A DNA stretch of 59,021 bases, filler included, from Circinaria calcarea (GCA_051942165.1; 5 parts of 5 records of this genome joined end to end with filler, not necessarily neighbours in it), one strand, 5' to 3'. Positions 27,408 through 39,516 are shown, counted from the whole stretch's first letter. Program-made: numbers and translations. Notes: generated by a model not told the origin, from the letters alone.

Positions 27408-29213
27408 CTATGCTTTTACGGCTTTTTCCTGTACAACCTCTCCTCCCTGATCGGCCGGTGATAACCCCGCCTTGGCAGGACCAATGATACACACACCCTC
27501 CTTGCTGAACCGACTCCCATGGATCGGACAATCAAAACTATTCTCCGCCTTGTTCCAGCATAGGACCCCATGCAAATGCGGGCAAATGGCCGAAAACGTG
27601 TGTACGCCGCCTTTATTATCCTTGAAGACCGCAACGGGCTTACTCGTCTTCGGGTTCAACACACCTCCCGAACCCAAGGGCAGACTCTCAATGTCGGGAA
27701 TGTCGCTTTGGGCGAATCGTTTGTATTGCGCGTTGATTTGGAGGTCGTGGCTCAGCATACTCGGGAGACTAGAGATGGGAGGGAGACGTTTCGGGTTGTA
27801 GAGCTTGCTCCATGAGTTATCAATCCCTTGGATCTCATCTGCCAGAAGTCGACCGGCTAGAACCCCGTGGGTAAGGCCGTGGCCTGTATCACCGGTGACA
27901 ATGTAGGTATGACTCTTGCCTTGGTTCAATCCGATAAAAGCCACTTCATCAGTCGAATCGAAGATTTGGCCGGACCATTTATAGTCGACGGATCCAGCGT
28001 GGGTGAATCTATCTCTGACCCAAGCTTCGAGCTCTGCATATCTTCCGTCTTCTTGTTCCTGACCGACCTTGTGGTCACCTCCCCCAATAACTAGATAGTC
28101 ATCTTTGTCGTCACAGGCAGTAAATCGAATGTAATGGTATGGGTCTGCCTGATCGTTGATGAGACAATCTTCGATCATGCCTTTCGGGACTCGGATCGCG
28201 ATGCAGTACGTTCTGAAGTACTCCAACTGCGCAACAACGCTCAACTTCTGGAGTGGTACGCAGGTCGCCTCGATTGCATTTTTGCAAGTGATGGTTTGCC
28301 CGTCCAAAGTACCAACACGAACTTCCTTGGACGACAAAAGACCACCTTTCTCCTCAACTGATGTCATCCGAGTACGAGTATAGCATTCAAAATTGGGTTG
28401 CTTGGCAAGCCATTTGAGGACACCGACAATATATTGCGTCGGGTGGAAGGTTGCATTCTGTTCGAAGATGGCGACATCCCTTTGATCTACCTTGCCATCC
28501 CAGCCCCTGATGGCATATCCTTCTTTGTATGATGTCGGGAGGCCTAATTCCTGTGCCTTTTGCGCATCCGCTTTCATCATCTCCACCTCTTCATTATGCT
28601 TGGGATGTCCCTTTTCGTATTGCGAGATTTCATAGTCGGGCAAATGGCGGTATTCACACTCGATACCCAGGTCCTTGGAAACCTGACCGACACGATTGAG
28701 AGCCCAAGTGTGACTCTCTGCGGCGATCTTAGCACCACTTTGCCCGTGCTTCTTGGCTATATCGACATAGCTAGCGTCCAGTGAATTGGAGAGATGTCCA
28801 CTTGTTCTACCCGACTCGCCCGAGACTGCCTCACGAGCTTCAATCATGGCCACCTTGACGCCGCGTGTAACAAGCTCATAGGCACTCGAGACACCGGCGA
28901 TGCCCGATCCAATGATGCACACCTCGGTGTTGATGTCTTTGGTAAGCTTTGGAAACTGAGGACGATTGGAATAGGGTTCTAGGTGGACCCAAACAGCATC
29001 GCTATCACCAGAGGTCTCCATTGTGTGCTGCGGGGGGGCTAGGGGCGCCAAAGTTGCCATGGTGGAGCGCTGTGTGTAGATAGCTATGGAAGTTCTTTGG
29101 TGCACAGAGACGCGAATGAAGGCAGCCTGGAGACGGAAGCCAGAGATAGGGAGGACCTTCTTGATTGATGGACGAGCGGATTGTGTAAGGAATCGGAATG
29201 ATGAAGGTCTCAT
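27408..29213 (-). CDS. FAD-dependent oxidoreductase (DAO-like) with C-terminal Rieske [2Fe-2S] domain, YhfW-like; intronless
   Basis: VCIIGSGIAG dinucleotide-binding motif, SGESGRTSGHL, ATFHPTQY, GDTGHGLTHG, and Rieske ligands CPHLHG..FDCPIHGSRF. Possible starts are 29213 (Arg/Ser-rich presequence) or 29060. Confidence 0.92.
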   Translation of the reverse strand: MRPSSFRFLTQSARPSIKKVLPISGFRLQAAFIRVSVHQRTSIAIYTQRSTMATLAPLAPPQHTMETSGDSDAVWVHLEPYSNRPQFPKLTKDINTEVCIIGSGIAGVSSAYELVTRGVKVAMIEAREAVSGESGRTSGHLSNSLDASYVDIAKKHGQSGAKIAAESHTWALNRVGQVSKDLGIECEYRHLPDYEISQYEKGHPKHNEEVEMMKADAQKAQELGLPTSYKEGYAIRGWDGKVDQRDVAIFEQNATFHPTQYIVGVLKWLAKQPNFECYTRTRMTSVEEKGGLLSSKEVRVGTLDGQTITCKNAIEATCVPLQKLSVVAQLEYFRTYCIAIRVPKGMIEDCLINDQADPYHYIRFTACDDKDDYLVIGGGDHKVGQEQEDGRYAELEAWVRDRFTHAGSVDYKWSGQIFDSTDEVAFIGLNQGKSHTYIVTGDTGHGLTHGVLAGRLLADEIQGIDNSWSKLYNPKRLPPISSLPSMLSHDLQINAQYKRFAQSDIPDIESLPLGSGGVLNPKTSKPVAVFKDNKGGVHTFSAICPHLHGVLCWNKAENSFDCPIHGSRFSKEGVCIIGPAKAGLSPADQGGEVVQEKAVKA

Positions 29214-31122
29214 TATTCCCCGCAAAAGTGGAAGAGGTAAACGATGATTAAGAACCAAATGAAGGTGAATGGCTGAAGTGAATTGGGTGCAGGTCTTGTG
29301 ATTACCGTATCTGCCTGGCCGTGCAATGTGCATTACATCACCATAGCTTTCAACTGTCCACTGTTAGAGCAGCAGCTGAGATCTTGTTAGGGCTCCTAAA
29401 TCATGACGTGACCCAATGCGCGTTTCGCGGAGACATCTCCGTTCCAGACAAGCAGTGGGGCGCGGATTCCAACCTTTGTAAGCTTGCATAACTCTCTGAA
29501 GTGAGTCGAGGGCTACGGATTATCCTTGGGTCTCAAGAGGCTTGCAGAATCTCCTCTGCTGAATTATAATGGCCGTTTTGCGGAAAGGTTTGAACATCTG
29601 CTATCGATAGAGTACCTCGTATTAACGAACTCGGCGTAAAGCATTACGGGGTAGGAACGTGCCACACTAGCCTACCCCATAATTCGGCTAATGGTGGCCG
29701 CTCTGGTGCAAAGTTGGGCAACGGTCCGGATTCCACCGTAGTCAATTTGTCGTCAGAGAATTTGTTGGGAACAGACTGCATCTTTCATTATGACCTTGAT
29801 AAGCCATCGTCGGACAGATTCATTTAGTAGCAGAGTTGTCCTGCTGTACTGAAGCTATTCAAGGAAGGTAAATCCTATACTCTTGCATACAGTCTTCTAA
29901 CGGCAATTTGAGGAAGAATCCAAGCATGATTCCCGTACTGGTCCAGTAACACATCATAACCATACAATAGGGGTGATTTCCCACCATATCGTTTCCAAGA
30001 TTTTCTGAGATACTGGTTGGCGAATCTACTTTCTCCTATACCGTATCAGTTCAAGACATTACACTACAGCAGGAGATATCGACCAAGGAAATAGAAGAGG
30101 TCCTAGCTTAGCAGTGCTTTTCTCAGCTGTTTCCCTTCCGTCCCCGTCCAGTGTGTCAACGCCGACTGCAAGAAGAATACGATGAATACATCTTGCATTG
30201 GTATCTTCAGGAAATTCTACGCCGGTGATTACCCCTCCGGTCTCTTGACGAGTTACAGCATACATATCGTGTCATCCGTCTGCATCTGGTCCAGTCTTCC
30301 TCACGCTACACCCAAAAAAGTCGCCGCTTCTCGAAAAGGTTCAAGGCAATATGTAAGTTTAAAATTAAATGATCGCCGCTTGACCAATCGGACAATCAAT
30401 AGCACCGGAACTTAATATTCGCGTGGGAAGAGATTCCTGCTCCCCCCCAAATGAAGTAGTCACGTGCTGTCTATCCGCTACGGAGTAGCTCCTCATCATA
30501 ATTTGTGGTGGAAGTCCTGCGGCGATACGCGTTTCAAAATTACCCCCTCTCCTTGAGTAAACAGTCAATCTTATTGATCCTCGGACTACTTGAACGCTTG
30601 AACGCTTGTACGCGCTCTGTGTGACCTCGAGAGCAGAGCTGCCGAGTAAGGTGGACTTGCAAGTGAAATTCTTAGCCCGCGCACCGTGTTAATCAAACTC
30701 ATCCCCCGTTGGACGCTCGGGGATTTTCGTGGCTGACGCTAATTCCCCATTTGCTTCCCACAAACGGGCACCGGCAGGGTTAACGTGGAGCGACTCCGCA
30801 ACAGGGTCCACGAATATTGATTCCTGCCCGACGCCACGGGAAATAATTTGAAAAACGCCCTTCACGCTCCCTTCATCTTCATCTTCATCTTCGTGTGCGC
30901 GTCCGCTCCTATGCTCTCCTCATAGCGCTTTCATTCCTTTCCTCTGACGCCGTCTTCAACAACACTCGCGCGAAACGAAACATCTCCTGGCCAGGACGGA
31001 GGAACCATCCCCTCTCGCGTCGCTCACTTGTTCACACACACCTTGCTCACACCAATTGCGCGCGCAATCAATGCCGCGCTAGGGCTTCGATCGCTGTCTC
31101 TGAATAATCTGCTAGATCCAAG

Positions 31123-34100
31123 ATGCCTTTCTTTTCGAGCATCTTCAAGAACAACAAAGATACGGCGTCGAAGAAGAATGCAACACAGAATGGTTTCACA
31201 GAGGTTGCGCTACAAAAGCCACGATGGGAGGACGCATGGTTACGAAAGGAGGTCGAACCCGAAGAGGTCCAAGAACTTCTTCGAGAATGTACACAGGAAA
31301 TGAAAGCACGTGGTATGGCTCACAGTTCCTGCGCTGTGTCTGTACAATTACGGCGTCATCGGACAGCATTGCGGATGCTAATTGTGACCTGCCACAGCGC
31401 TCGATATGCCGTTTCTCCTCTTACCATTCAGATTAACATCAGACCCTAGCGCAGCTCGGACTTTTATTCGTAATTTCTTCAGTTCCGCAGCGGAGAATGG
31501 CAAACCGTTGGAAGGGGAACGCCTGAAGCAAGAACTTCGCCTGACGGAACCAATGGTATGGCTACATACGAAGACTGCCGTGCTTCGCTAACCGCAGCAG
31601 GTTTTATGTAGTGTGATGAAATGGTGTTGGAGTAGGCTCCCCGGCGGCATTGTTACGTGGGAAGCTTATGAACTCTTTCGAATTGGAGAGCAAGGTAGAC
31701 TTTCTGTCTCCTCATTCGGAAGGGCATGCTCATCTAGTCTGCAGATTCCAACAATGCGCGGGACGCCTTTGCAACATTCATACCTATAAGCGTGGTATCA
31801 GATGCGCGAACCAAAATCATCTTTGACTTTTTCGACCTGCTTGCGGCAGTTGCGGCACATGGGAAAAATAATGGAATGGGGGGTCGGAAGCTATCCCGAC
31901 TTGGAGGATGGTGGGCTTTCGAACATATTGATACAGAGGGTGGCTTCGACGGGGGTTACAGAGCTTGGGAAAGGTTCGTCCGAGATTAAGAATATTGTCA
32001 GAAACATACTAAGCCTACTCAGTGCTGCTGATGCTACCAGCCATCTCTTTTTCGCATACCTGCGTTCTCTGTCTCCAGATTCCGTCAAAGGCTTGAACGG
32101 CATTTCCGCACTTCCGATTTCGTTACAAAATCTATTACAAGCCACAGAGTATCCTCCGGAAAGATCGGCCCTTATGCAGACGCCGACCACCAAAGTCGCA
32201 ATGATCGTGGGCAAGGTTTCAACTACTCCATTTGCACTACTCCGCCGTGCCAAGCATTTTGAGTACAGGGACGACGATGAAGCGCTGCAGCAGTTTTCCG
32301 ATTACGACGATCCGCTTCACGCCTTGACTGATGAGTGTCGACGCGTTCTGAAGAGCATCTCATCTGCGAACGATTCATCAGTGTCGAACTCAAAGCAGTC
32401 TACGGGTCTGCGTGATGCTTCTTGGTCCCGTTTCCAAGACATCGGTTTCGGTGCATTGGCGGACGATTCTGATAATGACAATGATGTTGATGGATCAGCT
32501 CTCGGAAGAAAGCGTCCAAAACCTCAGGGCCTTAGGTCCGCACCTTCATCTAAGAATCACTTGGGTCGACCAACAACTCCTTCCTGGGCCGATTTTCTCT
32601 CGTCTGGATTCGTAGATGAGTCTGGGACCCCGGGACCAAGCCCGTTACTGCTTCCGCCCGACAAGATATTGCCCCCAATCAATACTCGGGGTGGAAGCTC
32701 CCAGTCTAATGGACGTACGCCAGCGGACGAATCCCAGCTTGAACCAGGCGAGTTGGCAAGCATTACCAATCTAGATCTTGACGACGCATTCTGGTGGGTT
32801 TGGATCTCGAGTCTCGCAGGAGAGGAACCCACCGAAAGGAAGGCGGCCTTTGGACGATGCGCACTCATAGAGACGAAGATTCAGGGCGGTAAATGGCTGG
32901 TTATGGAGGAGATTTTAAAAGGTGCTGCACCAGAACCAGAAGCTGGGGCCTACATTGCGGAGAAAAAAAGCAGATTTGGCTTTAGTAAAAGAAGTCGGCT
33001 TACAAAAAACAAGTCGTCGGGCATCAAGCCAATCCCTCCGTCAAAATCAGAACCCTATCAAAGAAGCACCCAGGCCTCACCAATGAGTAAGTCCAGTATT
33101 GCTCCCGACCAGCATGCCAGAATTCAGGCGGCAGCGGCCGCACTGCAACAAAAGCACCAACTACAAGCTGCTGAACCGGCAAGTCCTAGAAGAGCAAGGC
33201 ACGGGGATGCCACGTCAACTAAGACAGCCAGTGTATTCACCTTGCAGCCTGTCATTATGAACGAAGCTGGTCCCGCTATGAAATGGGCCAACAGCTATGA
33301 CAAGAGTGCTATACGGGCTGCGTATCTTGGTAATAATTTTACAGGAAAGGGCTCATCCACCGATTTGTTGAGTCCTGAGGGCCCAAATCATGATATGACA
33401 CCAAACACGAACGGCGTTATCACACCTATGGCACCAGCCAAAGCTGACTTGCCTCGAAATGAGTCTTATGGTTTCCCTCGACAAGCATCTGGTATGGCGG
33501 AGGAAACAGTCAGGAGAATGATGGGCCAGGATCGTGGCCTGCCAGCTTTGCCTCAAGAAAGACTAGGAACACCCGCTCGTGAAACTCCTGTTCTTAGTGA
33601 CCATACCCAGGTATACAGTCCTGCTCCACTTCCAGCAACCCCTGGCGTAAACATGCGGAGAGCGAACAAAGATGCTGCCGAAGCGGCTAAGATAGAACCC
33701 CCTTCGACTACTCCCATGGAAACCCCTCGCTCAGTGGAAAGAAAGGCTGTACCCCCAAGGCAGGAAGAGCAAACACTCACAGCTGCAAGGGAACCAGAAT
33801 ACATTGTTGTGGAACCCCAAATTCCGGGTCATGAAGATGCGAATGGCTACGGCATTATAGACTCAAGCCCAGAAAGCATGAGCCCCGACTTGAAGAAGCT
33901 CAAGAAACGAGGTGCAGGCACAGGCGCTTTCAAGGGCTTGTTTGCTAGCAAGAAGAAATCCGACGTTCCCATTCGGCCTGCGCTCAATTCTCCTCCAAGT
34001 AGCACCGCAGCTGTGGCAGCCGCTCGTGCGGCCTTACAGCCGAAGCCTTACCAGAGCCAACCGCAGCTCATGACTCCACCCTCCAAAATGACCCGTCGAT

Positions 34101-34770
34101 TTTCAGGCGTTGGTAGGAAGAAGGTACCTATTGCCACACCCATCACAACACCGGAAACCCCTCTACCCAACCATGACATCCATGAGGAGCATTCCGTTGC
34201 TGCGGCAGAAAACACACCAGTTGCGACCCTACCATACTTACCACCTCATGATAGTTATACAGAATCTCAGACTAGCATTAGTCGCGTTGACACGAATGAG
34301 CAACGTCAAGCCGACCGGGAGTTTCGCACTTTTGACCAGGGTCCGTTAGAAGATCAGCCGGCTTTCGTGCCGGACGACTCACCAACCCGGATTACACCAG
34401 TGTTCGACAAGCCAGCTGAAAAACAGGACACGCCTCAGGTTGTTGATGACGAACAACAAGATCATGTTTCTGAGAAGTCGATTGACCTGAGTCGGCAGAT
34501 GTCCCCTCAAGATCGATGGGCGCAAATTCGCAAGAATGCTGCTGAGAGAGCTGCAAGGCAGAGCGAAGAACAGTCGAAGCGGACGGACAAACCCGACGAC
34601 GGCGAGACCAGCGGAGAAGAAAGTAAGTGCCTGCGCTCGAAACTGCATTCTGAGAAGGACTGAAGTGGTTAATCTATGTTGCAGCTATTGAGTCACGTGT
34701 CGCTCGTATCAAAGCCCGTGTCGCAGAGCTTACAGGAAACATGGAATCCCCAAGCTCTAACCGCCGCTGA
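31123..34770 (+). CDS. Msb1/Mug8-like morphogenesis/polarity protein
   Basis: EEVQELLRECTQEMKAR|ALDMPFLLLPFR, VLCSVMKWCWSRLPGGIVTWEAYELFRIGE, NGMGGRKLSRLGGWWAF, DDAFWWVWISSLAGEE and terminal IESRVARIKARVAELT. Multiple GT-AG introns. Confidence 0.87.
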
Positions 34771-35380
34771 TCTCTAACCTGGGCTCTGGCTGCCATCATC
34801 GTTTCCCAGAATTTGCTATTACTTGGTATATTTGCACACTTTCGAGCCCCGCCCAAGCTCTGTCGATATCTACGAGTTTCCTTAACCTTGATACCCCTCT
34901 CGTTTAATAATCTTGCACATGCAGTCTCAATTGCCAGTTTGCCTTCCCTTCACCCATCAATACATTTTGCTCTCATATGTAATCCTCGAGCCAAGCGATC
35001 AAGCGGGCGTTGAAGATACCATTTTGCCACGGGGTGCATGCTTCCCTTCGTAACCTCATCAGAAGAGATAATGTCGTGGCGGATTAAGGAATCATTAATG
35101 GACAGGAGGATTAGGAGCTTTGAGGAACATGCTGGTCGATGATGAGATGTCATCAACGGGTGTACACAACACGGATTGTAATCAACCTGGAAAGTACCAT
35201 TGTTCAAGTCATGTCTTCTCGTCCCGCCACCGCATCATCCATCGAATTGAAGCGCCCCATGCATACGGCCCTTTCCACCCTCTTTCCATTCCTACGACTT
35301 CTCTCTCTTCTACCCTATTTCTCTCTTCTACCTCCCATTTCCTCTTCCCCATCCCATCCTCATCCCCACCCCTCCAACCT

Positions 35381-35480
35381 NNNNNNNNNNNNNNNNNNNN
35401 NNNNNNNNNNNNNNNNNNNNNNNNTTAATTAATTAANNNNNNNNNNNNNNNNNNNNNNNNNNNNNNNNNNNNNNNNNNNN
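35381..35480. other. Artificial contig linker
   Basis: N44-TTAATTAATTAA-N44. Confidence 0.99.
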
Positions 35481-35915
35481 TCCTGCGCTTAATCGGCAGT
35501 GACTTCGTGCTTGAGCAGCAGAGGGTGAAAAGGCAACGTTAAGAAGGGTTGGCATATTTTTTCTTCTTTTATATATGGTGCAACTATCTAAGCTATGACT
35601 GAAGGGGAAAACGTTAGATATTGTGTGTGAGTTGTTAAGCGTTGACCCAAGTAGACCAGTAAATTACACATGAACTCAGCGAACCCTATGCTTTCTTATT
35701 AGAATTCACGAGATTCCTGCTTGGATCGAAGTGTATCTTGTGTGAGTAGCCTTGGCATCGAAGTGGGATGGCTCCAGTGTCATTTATACGGAATACCTGG
35801 TGGCTACGAAAGGTAATTATATTCTGGGTGTAATCACGGCCTGCATATATACAGCGTCAGAGATAGTGCAGCCACTTGGGGTTAATAGCTTCCCAAAGCC
35901 CTAAATAAACTGTGG

Positions 35916-37289
35916 TCAGCCGTGAGCGCCCCGACATTGTCGCACATCCTCATGAGCTACAACTTTCTGCCAGGTGCAGCTCTGGACTTCCTTGACGGGA
36001 TTCGAAGCATCCGGGAACTTTTCGAATTGTTGAAACAGAGAAACGTTGACGGTCGGAGGGAGTGCGTGCAGAGCAAGGTCGCCCTGTGGTTTGTCCTTGC
36101 CTCCCGATCTGTCTCTGCCTCGCCCTTTGTCTCTCTTCCGCCGACCGCCGATATTTGAGAGCGCTTGGTGTCCATAAAATGCTCTCCCACCGACTGCGGT
36201 CGCGAGGGGGTTGTTGACGCAGATTTCGATCAGGTCCTCCACAGCTGCGAGTACTTGTTTCCATGTCAGGGTCACAGACGTCGATGCGGATATGCCGATA
36301 CTGCAGGTGTCCGCGGCAAAGAATTTCGTCGTTCCTGCTGTCAACGAAACGCTGTCCGCGAGAGACTGGAGCTGGGAATATCGCAAATGGCTGCAGTCGG
36401 CCTGCCGGGGGTTTCCAAGCTTAGCGTCACATTCATAGGTCATCGTGCTATCCCGGGTCGTCTCTGTACGGTCCCCAGACGGACCAGACCCTTCCCACCA
36501 AGTACCACCATGACCAATTTCGCGTTGCATTCGGCCCCAGTTGTAACCAATTCTCTCCGCCGTATTGCTCAAACTATTCCAGGTTGGACTGTCGCGACGC
36601 ATATTTAGAAGTGCCCCATGGAGCGAGTTGAAAATCGCTCCTCCAATAGTGGGATCAAAATGGCCTGGACTAAGAATAGGAGTAGTTCCAGACACGGTGA
36701 CTGTAAAGAATGTCGCCACCAAAGCTGTCGTCGTCCAAGGCAAGCATTAGTATTAGATCCAAGAAAGTCGAGGAATGGACCGGTTAAATCATACGGTATG
36801 TCCGCTGGAAGTCCAAGTTTACGATGGGCGATCCTAGGTAATCTATCGTATTTAAAATGCCCCAAGTGATAAATCCTCCCGTAAAAGGGGCGCCTGCCAC
36901 GCATTCGTTGATAACCCAACCAGCCATTTCTCGGAACCTGTCTGGTGCGGTATCAAATGACGCAGATCCTCGGTACGCCTCCGCTGGGTCAACAAGATCA
37001 ACTGTGATCTGACATGTCCCTATTAAACATCTTAGCCTCTGAGAAATTTAAAAAGACCTGATGCACTGCCGCCACCCTCACCATGTCGATACACTAGAGG
37101 GAATTGGAAATGCGTCGGTATATGGTTATAATTAACATAGTGAATGGGATGGATACCCCGTGGCATCAAAGCTTCTGCCTGGAAGCAGTCGTGAGGTGAT
37201 TGAATGGCATTGTCACCGCCATAAGTGTAATACGGGTCGCAGAAATGGAAATCAGGTCTTACAGGTGCTACTGCCAATAAATTGGCCAT
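35916..37289 (-). CDS. Cys-rich 413-aa protein with two repeated KP4/Ecp2-like modules
   Basis: Exons 37082-37289, 36795-37019 and 35916-36724 splice in frame (introns 37020-37081 and 36725-36794). A C..DC..C.I...I..CV..GG pattern occurs twice. The gene model is solid; the fold assignment is inference. Confidence 0.7.
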
Positions 37290-37804
37290 TCCCGACGATT
37301 CAAAGGGTTGAAGAACGGTAGCAGGTACTAACGAAGTTAGTACAGATGAGAATGAAGACAGTTCATACTTTATGAGACCCTAATCGCGGCTATACCAAGG
37401 GCGATAAGGGTGTTTGGGAACTTGCGGAAATAAGTATCGAGTGAAACGTGATAGCTGAAACATTTAATCCCTAAAAAACCTATTCTAGTACTGTTATCTT
37501 TGCGATATTTTCCCTTCTTCATGCGTTTTGGAGTTCGCGCGTGGGAAGAAGTGTTAATCGCTAATTTGACAGAGAATGATCGTTGAATAAGAGGTGAAAT
37601 ATAACAAGAACGGCAATACGTTTGAAAGTTCACCAAACAGCCTTGATACATCAGTACTTGGAAACCCTAGGGCACTATGAGATCACTAAGCGGACATCTA
37701 TTATCAAACAGATACAGAGTGGCCTTAAAAGAAAGGGACGAGAACGCAAGTTATATATTGATGACAGTCCTTTTCGATACTCTTAAAGTAGCCTTAAATA
37801 CAAT

Positions 37805-38776
37805 ATGACAAACAGTTTCAAGTTAATAAAGTATTTGATTCTACCATTTTTCTGTCTTGTCTCTTATGTTATCGGCCGAGCAACGATAATAGCTGTCGCC
37901 AGCAAGGAAGATATATATGATGAAATAAAAGCGCAAGAGCAGTCGCTAAGAAACACATATCCCCGGTTAGACTCTCTAGCACCTACCAGCAGCTCGACGT
38001 CAGTACCGAATCATGGTGCAAGACAGGATCCAGCAATCTGCTAACGCAGCCACAGAAATATATCTTTGGATCTCTCTGTCTTTAATAGCACAGGGCACGA
38101 TATTTCTGACAGCTTCCCCATCCTCTACCACCGGCAAACAGCCCCCTCCACCAAGAGCCGCAAACGAGACCGTACTGTCCCTTCCCGCCCTATAAACGAT
38201 TGCCCTAATAATCATGACTTCTTATATTCTCTCTGCTCGCCAAATCACAGTCCTCGCGCTTGGAGCCTTGTCTGTAGAGCACGGGCAGGGGCGGGGGTTC
38301 AGCAGAGCAGCATTCTACACTGGGGCGAATGTAAGTCGACTGAGTTCTGCGTTAACGGCCGATCAATGAGAGCGGTACGAAGTCACGGTTATGTCGAGTC
38401 AACTGCTTGGTGCGTCGACATTGAGAATCATATTGAGATCGCCGGGATATTAGCGGGCGGTCAGACGGGAAGATCGAAATCGGTACAAGTCGATTTCAAC
38501 GCGGCAGCGGGAAAGCTGGGATCTATTGAGGCGGTGTTGACAACCCCGGACAGACGCTCTTCGATCAAAGCCCGTAGCATGGAGATTAAGGCTCAGAGAG
38601 CTGATATTATTGGCAATGTGCAGTCGTGGCGGACGCTCAAGGCCGGAGATCACCATTGTAGTAACTGTGCGAGAGTGGGAATCGTGAATGTTCCCATTGG
38701 AACGCAGAGGATTAGGGCGCATGTCGAGTTGATGCCGCAGACGTTGAACGGATTGCTAAATCTAGTATCTGTTTAA
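37805..38776 (+). CDS. Secreted Cys-rich 293-aa protein, FOLD/SIX-effector-like, Kex2-processed
   Basis: Signal peptide (KLIKYLILPFFCLVSYVIG). A 90-nt intron at 37966-38055 (GTTAGA..GCTAAC..CACAG) removes the in-frame TAA. Pro-region ends in KSRKR, followed by 6+2 Cys in the mature part. Confidence 0.75.
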
Positions 38777-39218
38777 GAGTAAGCTTCAGGATGTCCTGAT
38801 TTGGCTATCTTAGAGATTAAAGCTATATGAATGGACAACGTCGAATGTCGGGCGCTTTAAGTTATATAAACTGGATCATTAGATTTAGAATGAGAGTCAT
38901 CAGGTACGCTTTGATCTCAATCTAGTTGCTTGATATACGCAGATAGCAACTGGAATGAGGACTCGAGAAGATGCCTTACTAAAGTCAAGTTTAAGTGGTT
39001 ACATAGTAGAAGCTGCAAATATCAAGTGGGGAAAGTAGCCTGGCTATCGGCCTTATTGAAATATGGATATAAGGCTTGAAAGAAAAGTCTTTTGACAAAA
39101 AGGCAAGATGTACGTCCGGGAGCCAGCACAATACGCCTCCGCAGGATTGAAGCCTCTTGAAATGATGATTAGAGACGCCGACTGGGTCGTCTAACTTTCT
39201 GAAAGCTAAACTGCACAG

Positions 39219-39268
39219 AAAAGCGGATGGTGGGTTTTAAAAGCGGATGGTGGGTTTTAAAAGCGGAT
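39219..39268 (+). repeat. 20-bp tandem repeat x2.5 (AAAAGCGGATGGTGGGTTTT)
   Basis: Exact copies at 39219-39238 and 39239-39258, partial copy at 39259-39268. Confidence 0.9.
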
Positions 39269-39516
39269 ATTCCGTCAAGATCGACCTTCACCTTAACAAC
39301 GAAGAAGTATCTCTTTGGAACTAGTAGAATAGATCACGGTGGGCAAAAAGAATTAAGGAAGCAAGAGGACGCAAATGTGAGGGGGCCTATCGAATGGCCT
39401 CAAGAGAGAGTCAAACCCTGCTTCTCACAAAGACTAGCTGTTACATACAACAATTGTAGCGTAGCTCATCGCTGAATCCCGGTCGGAAGCTCCCATCCGC
39501 ATGTAGGTACTAGATA

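Noticed and set aside
29340..30900. TPP riboswitch, tRNA or snoRNA in the long intergenic region
   Set aside because: CTGAGA words occur, but the rest of the TPP consensus, a tRNA cloverleaf and paired C/D boxes were not found by eye.
39219..39268. CRISPR-like array
   Set aside because: Directly adjacent copies with no spacers, in a eukaryotic context.
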